A stretch of 62,969 nt of DNA, the filler included, from Reclinomonas americana ATCC 50394 (Eukaryota): NCBI GenBank assembly GCA_048213135.1. It is 8 parts of 3 records of this genome, joined end to end, with 100 filler letters (N's around TTAATTAATTAA, not from the genome) between each part and the next. Parts side by side here need not be neighbours in the genome. Positions count along the whole stretch, not along the records: positions 23,218 to 27,078 come from PS015125.1; positions 27,179 to 33,591 come from PS015125.1; positions 33,692 to 45,026 come from PS015125.1; 5 more parts are not named here. One strand, 5' to 3'. A program made the position numbers and the translations under genes. How positions within the stretch are numbered: position 1 is the stretch's first letter; every line of letters begins with the position of its first letter. The notes beneath the pieces are model-generated. The model did not search any database and was not told the DNA's origin. It was given only the letters and a program-made list of their open reading frames with translations. Below, one piece after another: positions 24,597 through 35,524 of this stretch.

Positions 24597-27500
24597 TCAG
24601 TTCTTTTGCGATGCGTTGCTGGCGTTGTTGGAGGTGGCGGTGGTGGTGGAGGCGGCCGACGAGGCTCCTCCGCCACCGGCGGCAGCGGCGGCGGCGGCTG
24701 ATCCTGAGCTGCCACCACCACCGGCGTTCTTTGCTTGTTGTTTTCGTTGCTTCTTCTCTAGTCGTTGCAGGTCGGGCAGTTGCCGGGGCTTGTGTACCTT
24801 GAAACCGAAGACGCGTGGTTCGTATTGCTGCACGAGGGAAAAGGGGAAAAGGGGAAAAGGGGAAAAGGGGAAAAGGGGAAAAGGGGGGAGTGAGCGACAA
24901 CAGGGAGACAGTTGAGAGATGCATGTCCTTTCACACTCCCATCAGAGTCGTTTCTCTTCTACCTGACAGGCAATAGAGTGCTCACAAAGCTGCTGAACCT
25001 TATTGTGACAAGCTCTATTCTTCGACACCTGACTGCGCAGAATTGCCGAATCATTCTGTCTCTCCGAGCAACTGTCAAGCTGCTGAACTATTCTGCTTCT
25101 GCTTCATATGCAAGCTCCATTCTTCGACACCTGACTGCGCAGTGCAGCCGAATCCTTCTGTCTCTCCGAGCAACTATCAAGCTCCCTTGAGCCTGCTGAA
25201 CTATTCTGCTTCTGCTTCATATGCAAGCTCCATTCTTCGACACCTGACTGCGCAACGTTGCCAAATCTTTCTGTCTCTCCGAGCAACTATCAAGCTCCCC
25301 TTCTGCTTCATGTGCAAGCTCCATTCCCTCACTGCGCAAGGGTTCTATTCATCTCCCACCTGAAGAGAAGCAGAGACAAAGAACGCGCCGACAAACGAGA
25401 CAACACCACATCGAGCCAAGGAAACAGTGACATGCAAATGCAGAGGACTATCAACACGTGCTGCATACGCCACAGACTGCGATGACCAATGCAGGCACAG
25501 GTACCAAGCGTATCTCCCACACAAGTTCTTGTATCTCTGACTCGGAAAATGATCCAGGAATGCATTGCAGACAGACACTTGTGCAATTCCTTGCACTGTC
25601 TCATCTCTCTCTCTCTCNNNNNNNNNNNNNNNNNNNNNNNNNNNNNNNNNNNNNNNNNNNNNNNNNNNNNNNNNNNNNNNNNNNNNNNNNNNNNNNNNNN
25701 NNNNNNNNNNNNNNNNNNNNNNNNNNNNNNNNNNNNNNNNNNNNNNNNNNNNNNNNNNNNNNNNNNNNNNNNNNNNNNNNNNNNNNNNNNNNNNNNNNNN
25801 NNNNNNNNNNNNNNNNNNNNNNNNNNNNNNNNNNNNNNNNNNNNNNNNNNNNNNNNNNNNNNNNNNNNNNNNNNNNNNNNNNNNNNNNNNNNNNNNNNNN
25901 NNNNNNNNNNNNNNNNNNNNNNNNNNNNNNNNNNNNNNNNNNNNNNNNNNNNNNNNNNNNNNNNNNNNNNNNNNNNNNNNNNNNNNNNNNNNNNNNNNNN
26001 NNNNNNNNNNNNNNNNNNNNNNNNNNNNNNNNNNNNNNNNNNNNNNNNNNNNNNNNNNNNNNNNNNNNNNNNNNNNNNNNNNNNNNNNNNNNNNNNNNNN
26101 NNNNNNNNNNNNNNNNNNNNNNNNNNNNNNNNNNNNNNNNNNNNNNNNNNNNNNNNNNNNNNNNNNNNNNNNNNNNNNNNNNNNNNNNNNNNNNNNNNNN
26201 NNNNNNNNNNNNNNNNNNNNNNNNNNNNNNNNNNNNNNNNNNNNTCTCTCCGTCTCTCATTCAGCGCCTTCAATCTTGTTCTTGTCCTCTTGTTGTTGAC
26301 CACTCGCTCCCTCTCTCTCTGTCAGTCTTTCTCTTTCATGGCAGTTTTTAGCACGCAGGCGGTGAAGAAAGCGGAAGGCACAGGGCAGATCGCCAATGCC
26401 TCTGCCCGCCTGCTCACTCCACAACCTCAATCTTAGCTTCCCCCATCCCGCTCACCTGCACCGCGCCTGAACCCCTCAATCCAACGTGCTCCGGGAACGT
26501 CAACAAGTACAAGTGCGGGAAGGTCGTGCCAAAGAATGCTCCATCGACACGTGCGAAAACAAAAAAGAGAGGGAGTCAAGGAGGCAACGTCAATAACAAA
26601 GTGAGAGAACGCACAGAAATTAGCGCGACAATGACAAAAAAAGGATATTGTTCTGCCGGGAGGACCGCGGATAGAAAATGTCTTCGCATCTCGGGCAAAA
26701 GATTTTGACGGCGTTGGTTCGTGGCGAGTCCGACTGGCCGACTGGCAGACATGGTTGTCCGTGGCAAAAGACACGCGGGCATCGTCCAAAGTCCACATTG
26801 CGGAACTTTTCCTCCTGCGCGACATTTTTCACAGTGAGTGATGTGGTGGACGTAGGAGGCGACGCACAGCAACAACAACAACAACAAAAAAAAACCAACC
26901 ATCAGCAACATGCCGCGGCTTGTGAGGATGAATCTTGCGTGGATGAGACCGTACAGGTATTCTGCGGCTGCCTCCACGGCTTCTTGCTGGTCCTCGGTGA
27001 GGTCGTCTGCAGGGGGGAAGGGAATGGGGGGAGGGGGGGAGAGTGGAGAAAGGAGAGGGGAAGGAGAATGAGATGGATNNNNNNNNNNNNNNNNNNNNNN
27101 NNNNNNNNNNNNNNNNNNNNNNTTAATTAATTAANNNNNNNNNNNNNNNNNNNNNNNNNNNNNNNNNNNNNNNNNNNNGGGGGAGAGTGGAGAAAGGAGA
27201 GGGGAAGGAGAATGAGATGGATAAACAACGACCACGTGTGCTGCCCCCGCTCGCTCACTCCACTCGCTGTCCCCGCTCGCTCACTCCACTCGTTCAATCG
27301 CGCTCGCTGTCCCCGCTCGCTGCTCACCGCTCGCTCGCTCACTCTACTCATCCCTGCTCGCTTCCTCCACTCGCTGTTACCCGCTCCTCACTCCACTCGC
27401 TGTTCTCTTCGCTCGCTCACCCCACTCGCTGTTACCCGCTCCTTTCCTCCACTCGCTGTTTCCGCTCGCTTAGTCGCACTCGCTGCTCCCCGCTCGCTCA

Positions 27501-27942
27501 CTCCACTCACTGTTTCTCGCTCGCTCACTTCCCACTCGCTGCTCCCCACCCCTCCTCTCCCATTCTATCATCTTCTCGTGCGCGTACCTGCTGGGCTCTC
27601 CAGATCCAGAATCAAATCCAGTGCATAATCATAGTACTCCACTTGCGATGAGAGTCCATAAAGGTTGAAGTCGTCTTGGATGAAATCCTCGTCGACCTGT
27701 GTGACAGTGATGGATTAAGAGAGCGAATCCACCCCTCTCCACACACGCGCATGAGAGAAAGCACCTCGCAAAAGAACTCGTTGCCCTTCAAGCTGCAAAA
27801 CCACGAGATCCATGAGATCTGCGCGGAGGGCGAAGAGTGAGCGAGAGAAAATGGCAGCGGTGATTGCGAGACGCATGCTCACCTCCTCATCATCGTCCTC
27901 CTCAAACATGGATCCATCCTCCTCTTCGTCTGCTCGTGCCAT
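24597..27942 (-). CDS. CSNK2B: Casein kinase II regulatory beta subunit
   Basis: Seven exons: [50 protein letters not shown]...[33 protein letters not shown]. Confidence 0.97.
24985..25340. repeat. Intronic tandem repeat, unit about 100-113 bp, about 3.5 copies
   Basis: ttcgacacctgactgcgca...tctgtctctccgagcaact at 25021, 25123 and 25236. Confidence 0.9.
26551..26648 (-). other. U12-type (minor spliceosome) AT-AC intron in CK2 beta
   Basis: 5' ATATCCTTTT, branch TCCTTGAC (26582-26575), 3' CGCAC. Splicing gives RQN-SVDGAFFG in frame. Confidence 0.92.
27230..27545. repeat. Intronic minisatellite, about 25-30 bp degenerate unit
   Basis: cgctcgctcactccactcgctg variants are repeated about ten times. 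Confidence 0.8.
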
Positions 27943-29392
27943 TTTTGTTTGTGCTGCGCGGGAGTGCGTGTCAGCAGAGAGGGAGAGAGCGAGGGCGAGG
28001 GTGAGGGTGAGGGTGAGGAAGAGGGAGAGGGAGAGGAAGAGGGAAGAGGGAAGAGGGATGAGGGAGAGGAAGGGAGGGAGGGAGCGCAGTGAGGGTCATG
28101 CTGAGCTGAGAGGCATGACGGTGCCTCTCTGGTGCTGCTCGATTCTCTGCGTCAAACCCCATCGAGTTGTGGCTGTTATGAGAGCGAGAGATGACGGCGC
28201 GAGTGTGCTTCTCCCTCACGTCCATCACACAAGGCGAAAGACACACAATCGCACTGAGTGGAGAGCGCAAGGAGCAACTAACATCCGCGTCACAAGCGCG
28301 TACACACAAGAGCGCGCCCATGTACACACAGAGCAAGACAAGGAGACAAGAGTCGCAGTGAGNNNNNNNNNNNNNNNNNNNNACACGAGCGCAGAGAGCG
28401 AGTTGTGCGACGCCTTGCCCTCTCACACATCCCCCAGTGCCACAAGTACAACACGCACGCACACAGGGGAAGAAGAGTGCGATTGCGGTGCCGTCTTGGG
28501 CGACATCTTGCTTCTCACTGCGTCACAAGCACGATACATGAAGCGCGGCACGGAGATAGAGTCGCACTGAGAAAGGAGTGCAGGGAGCGAGATGCGCGAC
28601 GCCTTACACAAAGAGTGCGGTTACGTGCAGTCTTTCACCCTCACAAATCACTGTGCGCCACAAGCACAGCAGCACCCACAAGTGCGCGCACACTGAGCAA
28701 GAAAGAGAGACACGAGTCTCACTGAGAGAGAGAGGAGTGCGCGCGCGAGAGAATGACACATTGATCAAGACACAGAGACATCCCGCCCTTCTCTCACGCA
28801 ATGTCCACTGCCACTGCATCAGTAGAAAGCGCCAAGAAGCAGCTTCTCTCTCACAGACACGCACGCTCTCTCTCCTCAAAGTGCATCAGAAGACACGCGA
28901 ATGACGAGAAAAGCTGACGACTTGACAACGCACATGAAATCGACACAACACAAAGAGAAGAGAGAGAGACACACACGCGCAGACAGACACACACAGAGAC
29001 AAGAAAGAAGGCACACAAGGAGAGTGTGTCACATCGAGAGACAACATTCATCATTTTCAGTGCACACACACACACACGCGCACACACAAAGCAAAAGATG
29101 CACACACAGTGGAGAGACACACACACACAAGAGAGTGTGAGCGCGCGCGCGCAAGTTGCGAACATTTCCCACTGTCCCACTACACAAAACACCGCCCCCA
29201 CGTGACTCACCCCTTCTCAACTCCTATACACACACACACACGCGCGCGCACGAGTTTGCTCTTTGATGGTGAACGCAACACCCACAAAAAAAACACTCAC
29301 ACAAAAAGTAAAGTGACAATGGCGCGGGACCGTGGGACGCGGAACGTTTGTCTCTGTTGCACTTCTCTCTCTTTTCTTTCCCTCGAGGCGCG

Positions 29393-32050
29393 ATGAACCA
29401 CTTGTTGAACCCGAAGTTGCGTCTTATGGCTTGTGTGCTGTGTGCTCGTGTGTGTGCGCAATGTGTGAATGAGTGAATGTGTTTGTGTGTGTGCTGGTCA
29501 TGTCTGACATGGACACTCACTCTCTTGCTCTCTTGTGTCTTTGTGTGTGTGTGTGTGCACAGGCCATTTCTGAGCAGTTTGATTGGCAAGGATGTGATTG
29601 TACGACTCAAGTGGGGCATGGAGTACAAGGGTTTGTTCTTCTCTCTCTCTCTCTCTCTCATACACACACACGCACACAGACTGTCTCTCTTCTCTGCCTC
29701 ACTCACTCACTCACTCACTGTCATGCATCATGTCAACCTCTTGTCTCACTTGGACTCTTTGCTTTTTCATGCATTCTCTCATTGTAAGAGTGTGCCTCTT
29801 TGCCTTACCTGTCTGACATGCATTCTCCTCTCTGCTTGACATGCGCTCTCCTCTCTGCGTGAGTGGCAGTTTGATTATCTCATTGCATGCATGCATTCGC
29901 GCTCTCCACTCACTGTGAGAATGGCTTTCCCTATTCATGTCCAGCTGTCTTTCATGCCTCCCTTGGTGTGTGTGTGTCTGAGAGACTGTGGCACTTTGCC
30001 CTCCTCTTCTTGACATGCGCTCTCCTCTCTGCGTGAGTGGCGATTTGCTAATCTCATTGCACCCGTGCATTCGCCCCTCCATTCGCGCTCTCCACTCTCT
30101 TCACCGCTGTCTCTCATGCCTCTCTCTTGGTGTGTGTGTCTGAGAGACTGTGGCGTTTTGCCCTCCTCTTCTTGACATACGCTCTCGACCCTGTGTGAGA
30201 GAGGCGATTTGATTATCTCATTGCCTACTTGCATTTTTCTCCCCTTCATTCGCGCTCTCCACTCTCTTCACTGCTGTCTTTCATGCCTCCCTTGGTGTGT
30301 GTGTGTGTCTGAGAGACTGTGGCGCTTTGCCCTCCTCTGCTTGACATGCGCTCTCTGCTCTGTGTGAAGTGGCGATTTGCTTATCTCATTGCACCCATGC
30401 ATTTTTCTCCCGTCATTCGCGCTCTCCATTCTTTTCACCGCTGTCTCCCATGCCTCTCTTGGTGTGTGTGTGTGTCTGAGAGACTGTGGCACTTTGCCCT
30501 CATCTTCTTGACATGCGCACTCCACTCTGTGTGAAGTGGCGATTTGCTATCTGTTGCGTTCATGCATTCTCCTCTTCTTTCGCGCTCTCCGCTCTCTTCA
30601 CCGCTGTCTTTCATGCCTCTCTTGGTGTGTGTGTCTGAGAGATTGTGGCACTTTGTCCTCCTCTTCTTGACATGCGCTCTCTGCTCTGTGTGAAGTGGCG
30701 ATTTGCTTATCTCATTGCACCCATGCATTTTTCTCCCCTCCATTCGCGCTCTCCACTCTCTTCACCGCTGTCTCTCATGCCTCTCTTGGTGTGTGTGTCT
30801 GAGAGACTGTGGCACTTTGCCCTCCTCTTCTTGACATGCGCTCTCGACTACGTGTTTGAGAGAGGCGATTTGTCATTTCACGCCCAGCGTGCATTCTCCC
30901 CTTCATTCGCGCTCTCCACTCTCTTCATCGCTGTCTCTCATGCCTCTCTTGGTTTGTGTGCGTGTCTGAGAGACTGTGACACTTTGCCCTCCTCTTCTTG
31001 ACATGCGCTCTCGACTACGTGTTTGAGAGCAAGCATGCGTTTTCATGCTTTACTGTGTCTTTCATGCTCTCTACTTGCGCTCTCCACTCATTGTTAGAGT
31101 GGTAGTGTGCTTTTTCATGTTGGGCATGCATTCTCTTTTGCTTTGGGGTGTGGTATTCTGCCTTTTTCACGTCCAGCATGCATTCTCCCCTGTCTTTCAT
31201 GCTGTACTTGCACTCGTTTCTCTGTGAGAGTGTGGCTCTTTGCCTTCCTTGTGCAGCTTGCATTCTCCTCTGTTTGACATGCGCTCTCTATCCTTTATAA
31301 GAGTGGCGATTGTCTTTCAGGCATGCTGCGCTTGATGCGTTTCTGAGAGATTGTGGCTCGTTGCCTTTGTTGTGCAACTTGCTTTCTCCTGTGCTTGTAT
31401 GCGCTCTCGACTCTGTGTGAGAGAGGCGACTTGCCATTCTCCCCTGTCTTTCATGCTTCACGTGCGCTCTCTACTCGTTGTGAGAGTGGCTTCTTGCCTT
31501 CCCTGTCTGGCTGTCATTCACGCTTCATGTTCACTCTTTGTGAATCCAACACTTGACGATTTGACGGTCAGCCTGCGTGCTCCTCTTCCTGTCCGTGCTG
31601 CACTCGCGCTCAGCGCGCTCTCCTGAGCATCTGCACAGCGAGTCCCTCTCTCTCGTGCTCTTGCTCTGTATCGCCTCTCCCTGCGTTGTCGAGTGTGCTC
31701 TGCATTCACTTGTTCTTGTTGCGCTGCCTTCCCTTCTTTCTCTCACCGATGTTGTACATTTCCGTGCTCTGCCTCTTTACCACTCTGTCTGCAACTCATC
31801 AGTGTGTGTTAAATCTCGCAGGCATTCTCCTCTCGGTCGACAACTACATGAACTTGCAGGTCTGTACCAACTTCCCTCCGTCTCTTCTCACCCTGTTGTT
31901 CACCTCCCCCATGTGGCACAGATGGCCAACACGGAAGAGTTTGTGGACGGTGAACCGCAGGGCAATCTTGGCGAGGTGCTCATCCGATGCAACAACGTGC
32001 TGTACGTGCGAGGAGCACCGGAGGACGAGGGCGCATCGGCCATGGAATAG
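29393..32050 (+). CDS. SNRPF: Small nuclear ribonucleoprotein F (SmF)
   Basis: Four exons: [74 protein letters not shown]. The start codon is slightly uncertain. Confidence 0.96.
29830..31030. repeat. Intronic tandem array, unit about 165 bp, about 7 copies, decaying to about 31500
   Basis: The anchor agagactgtg(g) occurs at 29981, 30143, 30312, 30479, 30638, 30802 and 30969 (spacings 159-169). Confidence 0.93.
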
Positions 32051-32249
32051 TTTCTTTTTTTCGGCGCGACGGGGTCGTGCAGTGTGTTGAGCGACTTCGG
32101 GGAGGTGGAGGAGGAGAAAAATGGGTAAAAGAACGGCAATATGGTGATTCGTGTGTGTAATCAGTTGCGGATGCCGGGGCCGGCTGCTCACTTGTCGCTG
32201 CCTCTCGCTCTTTAGTTGCACCTTTCTTGCTTTCTTCATTCTTGCTGCT

Positions 32250-32371
32250 CTTTTGTCGCTGCCTCTCCGTCTGCTCCCTTGTCGCTTCTCTCCGTCTGCT
32301 CCCTTGTCGCTGCCTCTCCGTCTGCTCCCTTGTTGCTGCCTCTCCGTTTGCTCCCTTGTCGCTGCCTCTCC
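32250..32371. repeat. Minisatellite, about 26 bp unit, running into a gap
   Basis: tccgtctgctcccttgtcgctgcctc is repeated about 4.5 times. Confidence 0.85.
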
Positions 32372-32846
32372 NNNNNNNNNNNNNNNNNNNNNNNNNNNNN
32401 NNNNNNNNNNNNNNNNNNNNNNNNNNNNNNNNNNNNNNNNNNNNNNNNNNNNNNNNNNNNNNNNNNNNNNNNNNNNNNNNNNNNNNNNNNNNNNNNNNNN
32501 NNNNNNNNNNNNNNNNNNNNNNNNNNNNNNNNNNNNNNNNNNNNNNNNNNNNNNNNNNNNNNNNNNNNNNNNNNNNNNNNNNNNNNNNNNNNNNNNNNNN
32601 NNNNNNNNNNNNNNNNNNNNNNNNNNNNNNNNNNNNNNNNNNNNNNNNNNNNNNNNNNNNNNNNNNNNNNNNNNNNNNNNNNNNNNNNNNNNNNNNNNNN
32701 NNNNNNNNNNNNNNNNNNNNNNNNNNNNNNNNNNNNNNNNNNNNNNNNNNNNNNNNNNNNNNNNNNNNNNNNNNNNNNNNNNNNNNNNNNNNNNNNNNNN
32801 NNNNNNNNNNNNNNNNNNNNNNNNNNNNNNNNNTCCCCCCTTACAG

Positions 32847-33179
32847 AGCGACCAGTACGTGACGCTCGCGATTCAGCGATTCCGAGACCACTACACAACG
32901 GATCGTGACGAGGCCACACGCGACGGCAGGTGTTGGAAGAAGGTGTGTACCTTGCGCGACAACACTCTCCCCATCTTTCTTTCATTCGCTCACCACTATT
33001 CCGTGTTGCAGGAGCACTTGTCAAACGAGCGCATCCTCAAGTGGCTCAACAACTGGTTCGTCACCGAGTTCCAGGTGCCGACGGAGCACACGTGGAACAT
33101 GCACAGTGCTGGCTGGAAGCAATTCCGCGACGAGGTCAAGCTGAGTCGCGACACTCGCTTCTATGCGCGGCCACTGTGA
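32847..33179 (+). CDS. Terminal two exons of an unknown protein; probably the C-terminus of the Q/H-rich gene on a mis-oriented contig
   Basis: cag|SDQYVTLAIQRFRDHY...CWKK|gt...ag|EHLSNERILKWLNNWFVTEFQ...FYARPL*. It looks coding, but there is little room upstream for the rest of a gene. Confidence 0.7.
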   Translation, partial: SDQYVTLAIQRFRDHYTTDRDEATRDGRCWKKVCTLRDNTLPIFLSFAHHYSVLQEHLSNERILKWLNNWFVTEFQVPTEHTWNMHSAGWKQFRDEVKLSRDTRFYARPL

Positions 33180-33746
33180 TGAGAGTACCGCGAGGGAGAG
33201 GAGGTGGTGATAGAGGAGAAAAGTATGTTGGCGCACGGTTAAGGTTAATGAGTCCCACTCCATGTTGGTGTTGTGTTTTTCTTGTCCATGTTTTTTCCAA
33301 GAGGGGTTCAAGTGTCGTGTGGTTATGTGATCTATGATGTTTTTTTCTTCGTATGGAGGCTGCAGTATCTCGTGGCCTCCCTTTTGCATGTATTTGTATC
33401 GTGTTTTGCTGTTTCATCCTAGATGTCTATTGTGTGTGTGTGTTTCTCTTATGTTTCGCTGTTTGTTAGAACTCTGTTTTTTGCGGGTGATGCCGCTGGA
33501 TGGATGGATGGCGTGTGGAATTGATGAGTGAAGAATGGTGATAATTCCAGTCACGGGAAAGGGAAAAGGGAAAAGGAGAAGGGGAGAGGGGNNNNNNNNN
33601 NNNNNNNNNNNNNNNNNNNNNNNNNNNNNNNNNNNTTAATTAATTAANNNNNNNNNNNNNNNNNNNNNNNNNNNNNNNNNNNNNNNNNNNNAGGGAAAAC
33701 AAGTGACACAACCGCTTAAATTTCTCCGGTTTTGTGCGCATGGTAG

Positions 33747-33823
33747 GGTTTTTCGATTTCACACCGGCACCGTATGTCGAGGCGGAGTCTGTGGTCCACG
33801 ATCATCGCGATCGAATGATGCAC

Positions 33824-33858
<35 letters not shown>

Positions 33859-34565
33859 ATTGCATGTGCAGCAACAGCAGCAGCAGCAGCAGCAGCACAT
33901 GTTGCCGCCGTTTGTCAGCTCCACGCTCGGTCACAGTGGCACCAGCAGCGGCTCGACCAGCCGTCACTCGCACATGGAGGGCGAGCATTTGGATCACGAT
34001 GAGGGCGAGGATGACGAGGAGGAGGAGGAGGAGGGCGAGGAGGATGAGAGCGACGAGGAAGGCGGGGCTGGCCAGCCGCGATTCCGCAATCACCACGTCG
34101 ACGCCGAACGTGACAGTGTCATGTCGGCTGGCGACGAGGGCGACCACAGCGGCGGCGATGGGGACGACGACAGTGATTTCGAGTACGATGGCTCGTCGAC
34201 CTCGGCCCGCCTGCGACAATTGCAGAAGCAGCGCAAGGGCAGCGCCGCGCTGCAGGCACTGCACAGCCCGCACGCCTTCAAGATGATGCCACCACCGCAG
34301 CCACAGTATCCGCAACAGCATCAGCACCAGCAGCAGTACGACGATCATGCGTACGGCTCACTGCAGCAGCAGAGACGGCTGACGTTTGGCTCCGCGGCCG
34401 ACTCGCCCATGCACGCGCCGAATGCCTTCCGCGAGGCGGCTCTGGCCGGTGCGGCCAAGGCCGAGGCCGTGGAGCGCGATCGACGTGCTTCCTGGGTCGG
34501 CATGCCGACGGGTGCCGACATGAGTGGTGGCGCAGTGGGCGCCGGTGGTGTGTGGCACAGCCCGG
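33747..34565 (+). CDS. Internal exon of a Gln/His/acidic low-complexity protein (contig probably inverted)
   Basis: tag|GG TTT TTC opens a frame of about 270 codons with polyQ and D/E tracts. Its phase-1 acceptor matches the phase-1 donor of the minus-strand exon ending near 34662. Confidence 0.7.
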
Positions 34566-34661
34566 NNNNNNNNNNNNNNNNNNNNNNNNNNNNNNNNNNN
34601 NNNNNNNNNNNNNNNNNNNNNNNNNNNNNNCCCACACACACACAGCAAGCAAGCAACTCAC

Positions 34662-35524
34662 CAGTATGTGACATGGAGGCCGCCACACTGGCCGAGCCAC
34701 CACCAAACGCCGCCATATCGCCAAAGTCACCAACGACTTTTGTGTTCGGAAAGCACAAAACAGAAGTCAGTATCGCAATAACAAAACAGCAAACACACAA
34801 ACCAATCTCACCATCGTCCAGTGCACCTCCCGGCAGCACAGCCGAGTCGCCCAACGAGCGCTCCCACAGCGACACTGTGTGCATGCATGGAAGGGCATAA
34901 AAAAAGTGTAAGTCGGAAAATCTCATGTCCCAAGCTTGATATAACCGCACACGCAACAGTGATCATCGTAAGCGCCTGTGCCTGCGCCTCCCATGTGATG
35001 CAGCGCGTCGTCATGGTGGTGATGATGCAACTGATGCACCGATGATGGGTGAATGGGCGTGGAGCCACTGGCGGCGGAGGAGCACGCGGCCGAGGAGGAC
35101 GAGGACGTGTGCGAGGACAAGTCGGCGGTGCTCAGCAGGCTGACGCCCGCGCCACACCCGAGCGAAGGGGATGCGAGTGTGTCATGAGCACCGGAGGCGG
35201 AGGACGACGCGCCACCAGTGTTGCGCTGCTGCTGCTGGAGTTGTTGTTGTTGTTGTTGTGAATGAGAATGACTACCTGAGAGAGCGGCTCCTGCACACGG
35301 CGCTGCTGATGCAGCAGTGCTGCTCGACACGAGGCCCCAAGACATGTGTGGCGGAGACTGATTGCCAGGGGCGCCAGAGCCTGAGTCACTCGCGAGTGTG
35401 AGTGATAAGGAGGTGCAAAGATTCTTCCCTCGTGCGCGTGTGTGGTATTTCACAAACCAAGTGCGAACTCATCCCACTGTTGGGCGTCGAGAAAGTCCAC
35501 TGAGAAGGTACGCGCATTGATCAT
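34662..35524 (-). CDS. 5' exons of a Gln/His/Ser-rich protein (putative transcriptional regulator)
   Basis: Four phase-consistent exons: MINARTFSVDFLDAQQWDEFAL-GSGAPGNQSPP...QQQQ...HHHHH...YDDH-LSLWERSLGD...-VVGDFGDM...SMSHT. Confidence 0.7.

Noticed and set aside
24838-24888. (GGGGAAAA)n tract resembling a telomeric repeat
   Set aside because: It is the polypyrimidine tract of the last CK2 beta intron on the minus strand and is not a TnGn-type repeat.
22710-31030. Regularly spaced repeats that could be mistaken for CRISPR arrays or transposons
   Set aside because: Whole units are repeated with no unique spacers, terminal inverted repeats, transposase or cas genes, and they lie in eukaryotic introns.
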